A stretch of 64,000 nucleotides of DNA, taken from the NCBI GenBank assembly GCA_040773245.1, contig JAXGWO010000003.1:6629-70628 (forward strand), given 5' to 3'. The notes under the pieces are model-generated. The model saw only the letters and a program-made list of their open reading frames with translations, did not search any database and was not told the origin of the DNA. Shown here piece by piece: positions 9,222 through 17,326 of this stretch. Within the stretch, counting starts at the first letter, position 1, and each line of letters begins with the position of its first letter. Source of the DNA: PVC group bacterium (lineage in GTDB: Bacteria > Auribacterota > Erginobacteria > Erginobacterales > Erginobacteraceae). Made by a program: the position numbers and the translations under genes.

Positions 9222-10151
9222 ATGACTATGCCGAACTTGGAAATCGCGGCTAGAAATTTCATAGGAACCTACACCTCACTAAACGGCACCACTATTCAGC
9301 CTATCAGTCGATTCGCCCTTCTCCGGTCCATGATCACTGTCGGGTATAAGTGCGAGGCCGACGCGATCGGGTATGGCTGGCGGAGTATCGGTTGGCATCT
9401 TTCGACCTGCTTTCTCACCATCGCTACGACCGTATCGCGGAACGGCAACTTGGTCGTATCTAAGCTTTTCCACTCCCTGGATTCATCCGAAAAGAATATG
9501 GTCAGCTACCGCTTGGGGATGGGTCTAACCAAGTACACTGCGGAAGTCAAACTCAACGTCCCGTGGCTCGTACACCTGGACAAGATATTCAATGCTGGTG
9601 GACTAACCTTGCAGGACGGGACTCTCGAACGTGGAGACCTTGCTGGGCAAGACGGCGCTGGGGTATGGCATGTGGTAGAGGCAAAGGGCAGATCCAATCC
9701 GCCATCCGGCAAGCTCCTCACCAAAGCCAAGAATCAGGTCTCGCGCGTTACCTCCATTAATGGACAGCCCCCGGCCACCAAGTCGGCGTCTATCATCCAT
9801 TTGTACAGAGACCCCATCAGAGCCGAATTGGTTGACCCACAGAAGCCGGAGAAGAAGCCACTCAAGATCCAGATATCGCTCGGTAAGTATTTCCCAACAT
9901 ACTATGCCATTCTCCTTCAACTCCTCGATCTCTCCGAAATACAGTCTCACGTGGTTGGCGATGTACCCTTTAGCCTGACTCCCTTTGATTTTGGTGGCAA
10001 TGTGATCGGAATCGGCCTTGCTGACGCTGTTCGGAGGAATCCCACGGAAGCCCAGAGATTAACAAAGGAAATTCTGGCGATGGACCTGCGGCAGCGGGAG
10101 AATCCAAAGAAAAGCATTGGCCTTGATGGGGTGATTGTGGCGCAAATGTGA
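9222..10151 (+). CDS. Hypothetical protein, possible PD-(D/E)xK restriction-endonuclease-like partner of the methyltransferase (start more likely ATG 9228, which has AGGAGG 8 nt upstream)
   Basis: Segment RGDLAGQDGAGVWHVVEAKGRS (nt ~9640-9700) fits a D-x(n)-ExK core. Sits immediately downstream of a DNA MTase. No other recognisable motif, so the functional call is weak. Confidence 0.3.
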   Translation: MTMPNLEIAARNFIGTYTSLNGTTIQPISRFALLRSMITVGYKCEADAIGYGWRSIGWHLSTCFLTIATTVSRNGNLVVSKLFHSLDSSEKNMVSYRLGMGLTKYTAEVKLNVPWLVHLDKIFNAGGLTLQDGTLERGDLAGQDGAGVWHVVEAKGRSNPPSGKLLTKAKNQVSRVTSINGQPPATKSASIIHLYRDPIRAELVDPQKPEKKPLKIQISLGKYFPTYYAILLQLLDLSEIQSHVVGDVPFSLTPFDFGGNVIGIGLADAVRRNPTEAQRLTKEILAMDLRQRENPKKSIGLDGVIVAQM

Positions 10152-10992
10152 CGGCAGCCCCAACAAGAGCATCCAGCCCTACAAACGGGCCGCGCGGATG
10201 CGGCTCTTTTTAAGGCTGAAGCTCGCCGTTGATCTGAATAATAAGATGCGGCACCAAAAGAATATCATTGCCTTTAATGGCAAAGCACGCGGTCCGTCCG
10301 AAGAGAAGGCGCGAGTGGCGTTTATCAATAAAGCCTCGGGGTTATTATTCATCGCAGCAAAGGAGGCCGCAAAACGTGCACTAAGAGCATCAGGCACACT
10401 CGGGGAGCAAAATGAGGCAATGACCGCTGTGGTTCTGTGCGGAGTAGTCGCAGAGGCCAGCATCAATGAAATCAGCGCGTGGTATGAATCTCATCATCTT
10501 CATCCCCAGTTCAGCGTTTCGCATAATCTTCCATATGGCTTTGACCGCTTGGAACTCCGTGTCAAGTGGTCATTGTTCCCGATGATTGTCAGGCAACGTA
10601 GTTTCAACACTGGTGCCGAACTATGGCAGAGCTTCAATGCTCTAGTTGAACTCCGCAACTTCATTGTTCACCTTCGAGATCGCCCCCTATCAAAGTCAGT
10701 CAATGGATTACTAAGATCAAAAAAACTGATAGAGGAGCACCATAGTTTTCTTGGCTTTCCGGTTGCACAGTGGGCCTGCGAAACCGTTGCTTCAATGTTC
10801 GAAGAGCTTACCAAGTTGGTGGCACCACCTCAGGAATGGATACCAATCGTCTGGCATTGGACCCCAACTCATTCGTTCCCTTATGGCTTGTCGACACCAG
10901 GTGATTCGTTTGTTGAAACAGAAAGCAAGAAGCTACCAACAAGACGATCTAGGGGAAGGATCACTCGCAGTGGGTTCGCCACCCGTGAATGA
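10135..10992 (+). CDS. Hypothetical protein (285 aa; true start uncertain, internal ATGs at ~10197 and ~10246)
   Basis: Last ORF of the low-GC plus-strand array. Codon usage like the island genes. No motif recognised. Confidence 0.3.
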   Translation: MWRKCDGSPNKSIQPYKRAARMRLFLRLKLAVDLNNKMRHQKNIIAFNGKARGPSEEKARVAFINKASGLLFIAAKEAAKRALRASGTLGEQNEAMTAVVLCGVVAEASINEISAWYESHHLHPQFSVSHNLPYGFDRLELRVKWSLFPMIVRQRSFNTGAELWQSFNALVELRNFIVHLRDRPLSKSVNGLLRSKKLIEEHHSFLGFPVAQWACETVASMFEELTKLVAPPQEWIPIVWHWTPTHSFPYGLSTPGDSFVETESKKLPTRRSRGRITRSGFATRE

Positions 10993-11146
10993 TAGCGTTG
11001 GCCAACCAGAACAGGAGGCAAACTATAGGAAAAGCAAATGACAAGAAGGTTGTTCGCAATGCACTATACATCCTTAGAACGAACAGTTATTGGCCGAGGC
11101 AGAAAACATAAATCGAAAACTGGGGGCGAAGACGTTACTGAATCGC

Positions 11147-12553
11147 TTACCACCAGCCCGGATAGGGAGGGACAAGGAAGAGGCGGAGGTGGAGGTCGCG
11201 GACTACTCTCAGGAGGAACTTGATAGCCCGCCAGTTTAGGGCCTTGAGGTTTCGGCGGAGGAAATAGAGGATGGTTGCGGGGTCGCGCTGGATTATCCGC
11301 ACTATCTTTTTGGAGGCGGCGGTTAGGTCGGAGTAGAAACTGGTCCAGGGGAGCTTGATCCAGGGCCAGGGGCCCTGCAGGTTCCAGTCGCCCTGCAGGG
11401 TTCCGTTCTTTTTGGCCTCCTCGTAGACCTCGGTTCCGGGGAGGGGATAGAGGACGGGGACGAAGCCTACTATCGGTTTGGCCTGGCGGAGGAAGGCGAT
11501 GGTTTCTTCGACGGTCTCGGGGGTCTCGCCCGGGAAGCCGACCATTATCTCGCCGTAGCAGCCAATTCCGGCTTCCTTGGTCAACCGCGCGGCTTCCAGG
11601 TTTTGAGCCACCGTGGTCCCCTTCCCCATCGCCTCCAGCACCCGGTCCGACCCGGACTCGAAGCCATAGACGATCTGCTCCACCCCTGCCCTCTTCAATT
11701 TCTCCAGCAGTTCCCGATCGACGGCGTCAACCCGGGAGCGGATCTTAAGCCGAAAATGGTATCCGCCACGGACCAGTCCATCGGCGATCTCCAGGCAGCG
11801 GGAACGGGCGGCGGTGAAGGCGTCGTCCTGGATGTGGACCGACCTCACCCCGCGACGCCGCAGTTCCTCGAACTCCACCATCAGGTTCTCGACGGACCGG
11901 ACGCGGCACTTCTTCTCCACCTGGAAACAGAATCGGCAGTTATAAGGACAGCCCCGGGAGCTGATCATCATATCCAGTTTTCCCCGGGCGGCCAGGTTCC
12001 AGTACAGGCCAGCTTGGTAGTAGCGGTCGAGGTAGCTTCGGTCGAGCGGGGGCAGGAGGTCGAGGTCCTCGATCCGGTCGGGGGGGTTGGAGGCGATCCC
12101 GCCTTCCGTCCGGTGAACCAGGCCGGGGACTTCCCGGGCGGGGATCTTTCCTTCCAGCATCTTGACCAGGGCGGGGAAGGAGCGGTCGGCCTCCCCCCGG
12201 ATGGCGTAGTCGAGCTGGGTAATCTTCTCCAGGGTCCACTCCGGCCGGGCGGTGGGGTGGGGACCGCCGACGACCATCGCCGCGTCGGGGAGGTAGGTCT
12301 TCATCCGCCGGGTGATCCGGTCGAAGGGGATCAGGTAGGGGGTGTAGCAGGTCAGTCCGACCAAGTCCGGGCGGTAGTCCCGGATCTCGGCGAAGAAGGG
12401 GTCCATCCGGCGGAACTCGCCGGAGTAGTCGAAGATCCTCGCCTCCTCCCCCGTTTCCCCGAGCTGGGTGGCCAGCCGGCAGAGGTGGAGGGGGGGGTAG
12501 TAGCCGGTGGACCTACCCTGGAAGGCGTCGTAAGCAACAAGGGCGATCTTCAT
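11147..12553 (-). CDS. B12-binding domain radical SAM protein; 468 aa
   Basis: N-terminal cobalamin-binding-like region (MKIALVAYDAF ... DLVGLTCYTP). Radical SAM CxxxCxxC: SSRGCPYNCRFCF. High-GC host-type codon usage begins here. Confidence 0.8.
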   Translation of the reverse strand: MKIALVAYDAFQGRSTGYYPPLHLCRLATQLGETGEEARIFDYSGEFRRMDPFFAEIRDYRPDLVGLTCYTPYLIPFDRITRRMKTYLPDAAMVVGGPHPTARPEWTLEKITQLDYAIRGEADRSFPALVKMLEGKIPAREVPGLVHRTEGGIASNPPDRIEDLDLLPPLDRSYLDRYYQAGLYWNLAARGKLDMMISSRGCPYNCRFCFQVEKKCRVRSVENLMVEFEELRRRGVRSVHIQDDAFTAARSRCLEIADGLVRGGYHFRLKIRSRVDAVDRELLEKLKRAGVEQIVYGFESGSDRVLEAMGKGTTVAQNLEAARLTKEAGIGCYGEIMVGFPGETPETVEETIAFLRQAKPIVGFVPVLYPLPGTEVYEEAKKNGTLQGDWNLQGPWPWIKLPWTSFYSDLTAASKKIVRIIQRDPATILYFLRRNLKALNWRAIKFLLRVVRDLHLRLFLVPPYPGWW

Positions 12554-12601
12554 TGCGCTGGCAGACTTTCTGATGCCCCTCCCCCTCCCTCGACAGGCTC
12601 G

Positions 12602-12634
12602 GGACAGGTTGCCCCCTCCCCACGGGGAGGGGGT
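12602..12634 (+). terminator. Intrinsic-terminator-like hairpin: 9-10 bp GC stem (CCCCCTCCCC / GGGGAGGGG) followed by TGC + T8 on the plus strand
   Basis: Read directly. Perfect stem with 3-4 nt loop then TTTTTTTT at 12627-12634. Lies between two minus-strand genes, so the U-tract is on the strand with no obvious upstream gene. On the minus strand it reads A-tract then hairpin. Confidence 0.4.
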
Positions 12635-12655
12635 GCTTTTTTTTAGGGGCGGGAT

Positions 12656-13885
12656 TTAGCTTGTGAACTTTCGCTCCCCGGGGATAAACCCCGGGGGGGC
12701 GGCCGGGTCAATTTTGGCTGGACGGCGGGCGGGTCGGGCGAAGAAGAGGCCGAGGAGGGCGACCGCGCCGGCCAGGAAATAAATCAGCCGGTAGCCGCCG
12801 AACTGGGCGGCGGCGCCCCAGATCAGGGACCCGGCCCCGATCCCGATATCGAAACTGCTGGTGAAGATCCCGGTCGCCGTCCCCCGGGAACAGGAGTGGA
12901 CCCGCTCGATCACCAGGGCGTTGAGGACCGGGTAGAGGAAGCAGTGCCCCAGCCCGCAGAGAAAGGCGGAGAGGATGAAGACCGGCCAGGAGCCGCTGAA
13001 CGCGATCAGGGCGATCCCGGCCCCGAAGACGACCAGGGCGGGGCCGAGCACCCGGACCCGGCCCAGCCGGTCGGGGAGGTGCCCGGCGGTGAAGCGGAAG
13101 AAGATGGTGGTCCCGGAGTAGACGGCCGAGAAGATCCCGATCGAGACAATCGCCTGAAGCCGGGAGTACTCGGCGAAGAAGGAGACGAAGGAAGCCCGGC
13201 TGACCGAGAAGAGGAGCGTCACCAGGAGGACGGCCGCCACCCCGTTCCCCATCAGGTCGCGGTAGGAGGGGAAGAGGGGTCCGCATTCGGCGACCGGCCG
13301 GCTCTCCCGAAGCCGGAAGGAGAGGGCGAGCGACAGGAACGAGAGGAGGGCGGCGAGTATGAAGACCCCCTGGAAACCGGCCCGGATCCCGGCAAAGAGT
13401 CTCATAATCATCTCCCCGGACCCGGGTCCGACGGCAAGGGCGACCATCCCGGCGGTCCCGAAGATGCCCAGAGACTGGGCGAGCCGGGCCGGGGGGCTGA
13501 TGTCGGCGGTGATGGTCCAGACCGCGGTGATGTTCCCCCCGAGGGCGACCCCCTGGAGAAACCGCAGGAAGACCAGCCAGGGTCCGGCGGTCTTCACGGT
13601 CAGGAAAGCGAGGATGGCGGCGGTATTGAGCAGGGAAGAGAAGATCAGCACCTTCCTTCGCCCGCCGCGGTCGAGGGAACGGCCCCAGAAGAACCGGCTG
13701 AGCACCGAACCGATCGGGGCCGCCCCCATCGCCAGGCCGATCTGCAGCGCCCCCCCGCCCAGTTCGTCGATCAGGATCGGGAGGACCAGGAAGATGGTCT
13801 GGGTGGTCATCACCAGAAAGAAGATCAGGGTGACCAGGAAGAAGGCCGGGGTGAAGAGCGGCGGGTTGGAAGTTCGGGCGGACAT
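12656..13885 (-). CDS. MFS transporter; 409 aa
   Basis: ~12 predicted hydrophobic helices. MFS-like loop motif GRSLDRGGRRKVL between TM2 and TM3. Confidence 0.8.
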   Translation of the reverse strand: MSARTSNPPLFTPAFFLVTLIFFLVMTTQTIFLVLPILIDELGGGALQIGLAMGAAPIGSVLSRFFWGRSLDRGGRRKVLIFSSLLNTAAILAFLTVKTAGPWLVFLRFLQGVALGGNITAVWTITADISPPARLAQSLGIFGTAGMVALAVGPGSGEMIMRLFAGIRAGFQGVFILAALLSFLSLALSFRLRESRPVAECGPLFPSYRDLMGNGVAAVLLVTLLFSVSRASFVSFFAEYSRLQAIVSIGIFSAVYSGTTIFFRFTAGHLPDRLGRVRVLGPALVVFGAGIALIAFSGSWPVFILSAFLCGLGHCFLYPVLNALVIERVHSCSRGTATGIFTSSFDIGIGAGSLIWGAAAQFGGYRLIYFLAGAVALLGLFFARPARRPAKIDPAAPPGFIPGERKFTS

Positions 13886-13911
13886 ATCGGTTCAACCGGG
13901 AATTTCGCCGG

Positions 13912-14712
13912 CTAAAGCCCGCGGCGGCGGCCGGAGTGCCGGAGAAAGAGGTCCCGGGCGGTGGCGCCGGTAACCCGGACGACCTCGTCCTCCGGGACCT
14001 TCTTCAGTTCGGCCAGGGCCCGGAGGGAGATGCGGACGTCGGCCGGCTCGGTGGGGATCCGCTCCTCCCCGACCTTGCGGGGAACGGGACAGTCGGTCTC
14101 GAGGAGGATCCGCTCCAGGGGGGCGGCGACGAGCACTTCCCTCAGCTGGGGGCTGGCGGCGGCGGCCGGGGTGGCCGAGACGTAATGGCCGCCGGCCAGG
14201 ATCCCTTCCAGGACCTCGAGCGGTCCGGTGTACCAGTGAAAGACCGCCCTCTTTACCCCCTCCTCCTCAACCAGCCTCAGGGAGTCGGCCCAGGCCCCCC
14301 GAGTATGGATGACCGGGACCAGTGAGTATTCTTTGGCTTTTCTCAATTGCAGACGAAAGGCCTCCTGCTGAAGCGCCTTCACCAGCTCCCGGCCGGGGGT
14401 CTTCTTGCGCAATTCCGGGACCCAGTAATCGAGACCGATCTCGCCCAGCGCGGCAAGTTCGGAGTGAACCTCGTCGATCAGGGACAGAATGGCGGGTATC
14501 TCCTCTTCGGTCACCTCGGTGGGGTGAAGCCCGACGGCGGGGTAGACCGGGGGCGAATTGTCGCCGCGGGCGAGCTCGAGGATCCGGCGGCTGGTGCGTG
14601 TATCCATCCCGACGCCGAGGATCCCCTCCACGGAGGCCGCCGCCGCCCGCTCCAGGACCGGACCGGGATCGGCAAACTCGTCAAGATGAGCGTGACAGTC
14701 GATCAGAGGCAT
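13912..14712 (-). CDS. TatD-family metal-dependent hydrolase/DNase; 266 aa
   Basis: N-terminal MPLIDCHAHLD (TatD IDxHxHLD signature). Conserved His/Asp/Glu ligands spaced as in TatD. Confidence 0.8.
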   Translation of the reverse strand: MPLIDCHAHLDEFADPGPVLERAAAASVEGILGVGMDTRTSRRILELARGDNSPPVYPAVGLHPTEVTEEEIPAILSLIDEVHSELAALGEIGLDYWVPELRKKTPGRELVKALQQEAFRLQLRKAKEYSLVPVIHTRGAWADSLRLVEEEGVKRAVFHWYTGPLEVLEGILAGGHYVSATPAAAASPQLREVLVAAPLERILLETDCPVPRKVGEERIPTEPADVRISLRALAELKKVPEDEVVRVTGATARDLFLRHSGRRRGL

Positions 14713-14715
14713 ATT

Positions 14716-14816
14716 ATCAAGTGCCTAAAGTTGGAAGTTATTACCGGGCGCCGGCTGACAGATCAAGTGCCTAAAGTTGGAAGTGACTAAAGTTGAAAGT
14801 TATTCCCTGGCGCCGG
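14716..14816. repeat. Imperfect tandem duplication in the tatD upstream region: ATCAAGTGCCTAAAGTTGGAAGT at 14716-14738 and 14762-14784; AAGTTATTACCGGGCGCCGG / AAGTTATTCCCTGGCGCCGG at 14735-14754 and ~14797-14816
   Basis: Read directly. Second unit carries a 15-nt insertion (GACTAAAGTTGAAAG) that itself echoes CCTAAAGTTGGAAG. Confidence 0.6.
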
Positions 14817-14907
14817 TGGAACGACTTTAAGTTTAACATCTGCCCGGCGCCTGAAGCATCCCGAAGATTTAGTTCAGGACAGGCTGGCCTTCCCGGGCAA
14901 AAATATA

Positions 14908-16635
14908 TCACACTTCCGCAATTTCCGGCCCGCAACGCGGACCGGAAATTGCGGAATGGAAGTCTTCCAGGATCAGCTGGATCCTCCGGCGGTTGCGGAA
15001 GGTATCGGCTTCCAGCCGGAAGGCGAGGTCGATCGGCCCGGCGGACAGCTCACCCGCCCGTCCGGCCATCCCCCAGCCGACACAGTCACACTCTCCCGGT
15101 GAACCCGGCAGGCTGAACTTGAGGTGGCTGTCCGTCTTCCCCATCACCCGGGGCGGCGAGGTAAGCCGATCGACCGTGGTCGAAAAGACCGGAAGGGGGT
15201 TCCCCTCCCCGCAGGGTTCGAGACGGTCGAGCTCCTCCAGCAGCTGGAGGCTGATCTCGGCCGGGTCGAGGGTGCCGTTCACCTCCAGGCAGGGGACCAG
15301 GTCTTCTTCCCGCAGTCCATCGGCGGCGGCGGCGAAGGCCCGCCGGAAGTCGCCGATCCGGGAGGTCTCGATCCGCAGCCCGGCGGCGGCCCGGTGGCCG
15401 CCGAAGGTGATCAGGTGCTCCCGGCAGCGCGAGATCGCCCCGAAGAGGTTGAAGCCGGGGATCGAGCGGCCGGAACCGGAGCCCAACTCGCCTTCCCGGG
15501 CGATCACCACCGTCGGCCGCCAGTACTTCTCCAGGATCTTGGAGGCAACAAGCCCCACGACCCCCTTGTTCCAGCCCTCCCCGTCGACCACGATCCCCTT
15601 CCCCAGGTATTTCCCGCGGTCGGACTCGATCATCTCCTCGGCCTGGCTGACGATCGCCCGCTGCTCGGCTTGCCGCTCCCGGTTTAACCGGTCGAGGAGG
15701 CCGGCCAGACCGGCGATCTCCGCCCGGTCGGAGGAGGTGAGCAGCCTGAGGGCCAGCTCAGCCCGCCCCAGCCGACCGGCGGCGTTGAGGCGGGGAGCGA
15801 TCTGGAAGGAGAGGTTGACAGCGGTCACCGGCCCGGCCTTGACCCCGGCGGCGTCGAGGAGGGCCCGCAGGCCGGGGTGGGGCCGCCGGGCGAGAAACGA
15901 GAGCCCGGCGGCGGCCAGGACCCGGTTCTCGTCGACCAGGGGGGTGACGTCGGCCACCGTCCCCAATCCGGCCAGCTGGTAGAGCCTCTCCCAGTCCAGC
16001 CTCACACCCCACCGGTCCTTCCCACCGTGGAGGAACTTGAAGACCACCCCGGCCGCGGCCAAGCCCTTGAACGGGTAAGGACAGTCCTCCCGGCTGGGGT
16101 TGAGGATAGCGAGGGCTTCCGGGAGCGGACCGGAGGGACGGTGGTGGTCGATCACGATCACGTCCAGTCCCCGACTCCGGGCCAGTTCGATCGGTTCGAC
16201 GGCCTCGGTTCCGCAGTCGAGAACCAGCATCAGGCCGGCGCCGAAATCGAGCGCCCGCTCCACCCCCTTCCGGCTCAGGCCGTACCCTTCTTTCAGCCGG
16301 TTGGGCTGGTAGAGCTGGCGGTCCAGGCCGGCCGCCTCCAGAAGGTGGTCGATCTGGGCGATCGAGGTCAGGCCGTCGACATCGTAATCGCCGAAGACGA
16401 AGATCCTCTCCCCCCCGGAGATCGCCCGGCCCATCCGCTCCACCGCCCGGTCCATATCCTGGAGGAGAAAGGGATCGTGGAAATGGGAGGGGCGGGGGTT
16501 GAGGAACCGCGCGGCCGACTCCGAGTCCGGATATCCCCGGCTCACCAGAAGGCGGGCCAGGGGGAGCGAGATCTTGAGGGCGGAAGCCAGCGGCCCGGCC
16601 GCCCGTTCATCCGGGCTTGCGTATCGCCAGATCAT
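14908..16635 (-). CDS. recJ: Single-stranded-DNA-specific exonuclease RecJ; 575 aa
   Basis: DHH family motifs (IFVFGDYDVDGLTS, IVIDHH) and DHHA1-like C-terminal region. Overall length and order typical of RecJ. Confidence 0.85.
   Translation of the reverse strand: MIWRYASPDERAAGPLASALKISLPLARLLVSRGYPDSESAARFLNPRPSHFHDPFLLQDMDRAVERMGRAISGGERIFVFGDYDVDGLTSIAQIDHLLEAAGLDRQLYQPNRLKEGYGLSRKGVERALDFGAGLMLVLDCGTEAVEPIELARSRGLDVIVIDHHRPSGPLPEALAILNPSREDCPYPFKGLAAAGVVFKFLHGGKDRWGVRLDWERLYQLAGLGTVADVTPLVDENRVLAAAGLSFLARRPHPGLRALLDAAGVKAGPVTAVNLSFQIAPRLNAAGRLGRAELALRLLTSSDRAEIAGLAGLLDRLNRERQAEQRAIVSQAEEMIESDRGKYLGKGIVVDGEGWNKGVVGLVASKILEKYWRPTVVIAREGELGSGSGRSIPGFNLFGAISRCREHLITFGGHRAAAGLRIETSRIGDFRRAFAAAADGLREEDLVPCLEVNGTLDPAEISLQLLEELDRLEPCGEGNPLPVFSTTVDRLTSPPRVMGKTDSHLKFSLPGSPGECDCVGWGMAGRAGELSAGPIDLAFRLEADTFRNRRRIQLILEDFHSAISGPRCGPEIAEV
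14914..14956 (-). terminator. Perfect 15-bp inverted repeat (TTCCGCAATTTCCGG n13 CCGGAAATTGCGGAA) overlapping the last codons of recJ, followed on the minus strand by a U-rich stretch (GUGUGAUAUAUUUUUG)
   Basis: Read directly. Candidate intrinsic terminator for recJ whose stem encodes the C-terminal residues. The stop codon lies just 3' of the stem. Confidence 0.3.
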
Positions 16636-16648
16636 ACCGCCGGCCGCC

Positions 16649-17326
16649 TCAAACCAGGAACCCGATCTGGATCCGGAGCACCGCCTGCCGCACCGCGAAG
16701 GTGGGAGAGAAAAGGAGGGAGAAGAGGCCGCCCGGGATGGGAAGGAGGTCGCCGAGCAGGATAACCCCGATCAGGACCATAAAACCGTAGCGGGAGAGGC
16801 TCAGGTAAGCGCGCTTGGCCTCGCCCTTGAGAAAGAAAGCCAGGATGTGGGAGCCGTCGAGCGGGGGGATGGGGAGGAGGTTGAAGTTGGCCAGGAGCAG
16901 GTTGATGAAGATCGCCAGGTTGAGCAGTTCCAGCAGCCGGACCGCCGCCGCTGTTCCGGTCGCCCGGTAGATCCCGATCATCACCAGGGAGAGGAGGAAG
17001 GCGGCCAGGGCCAGGAGGAGATTGGCCCCGGCGCCGGCGGCGGAGACCAGGACGTTGTCCCGTTCCCCCCTCCGGAAGAGGTAGGGGTTGACCGGGACCG
17101 GTTTCGCCCCCCCGATCACGATCCCGGCGCGGGTGACGATCAAGAGCAGGGGAAGCATAATGGTCATAAAGGGGTCGATATGGGGGATCGGGTTGAGGGT
17201 CAGCCTCCCGGCATCCCGGGCGGTGGGGTCGCCGCATTTGAGCGCGATCCAGCCGTGAGCGATCTCGTGAACGATCACCGAGAAGAGGAGAATCGGCAGG
17301 ACAATAATGATCTGGGAGAGGTCCAT
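16649..17326 (-). CDS. Site-2 protease family (peptidase M50) membrane metalloprotease; 225 aa
   Basis: HExxH in TM helix (VHEIAHGW). Multiple TM segments. Conserved NPIPHIDP-type region typical of small M50B proteases. Confidence 0.8.
   Translation of the reverse strand: MDLSQIIIVLPILLFSVIVHEIAHGWIALKCGDPTARDAGRLTLNPIPHIDPFMTIMLPLLLIVTRAGIVIGGAKPVPVNPYLFRRGERDNVLVSAAGAGANLLLALAAFLLSLVMIGIYRATGTAAAVRLLELLNLAIFINLLLANFNLLPIPPLDGSHILAFFLKGEAKRAYLSLSRYGFMVLIGVILLGDLLPIPGGLFSLLFSPTFAVRQAVLRIQIGFLV

Noticed and set aside
11603-13915. Long plus-strand ORFs (11603-12646, 12896-13915, 13359-13973) and alternative minus frame 12708-13895
   Set aside because: All overlap the radical SAM and MFS genes on the opposite strand or in another frame, with Pro/Gly/Arg-rich nonsense translations. 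11603-12646 even reads through the terminator hairpin.
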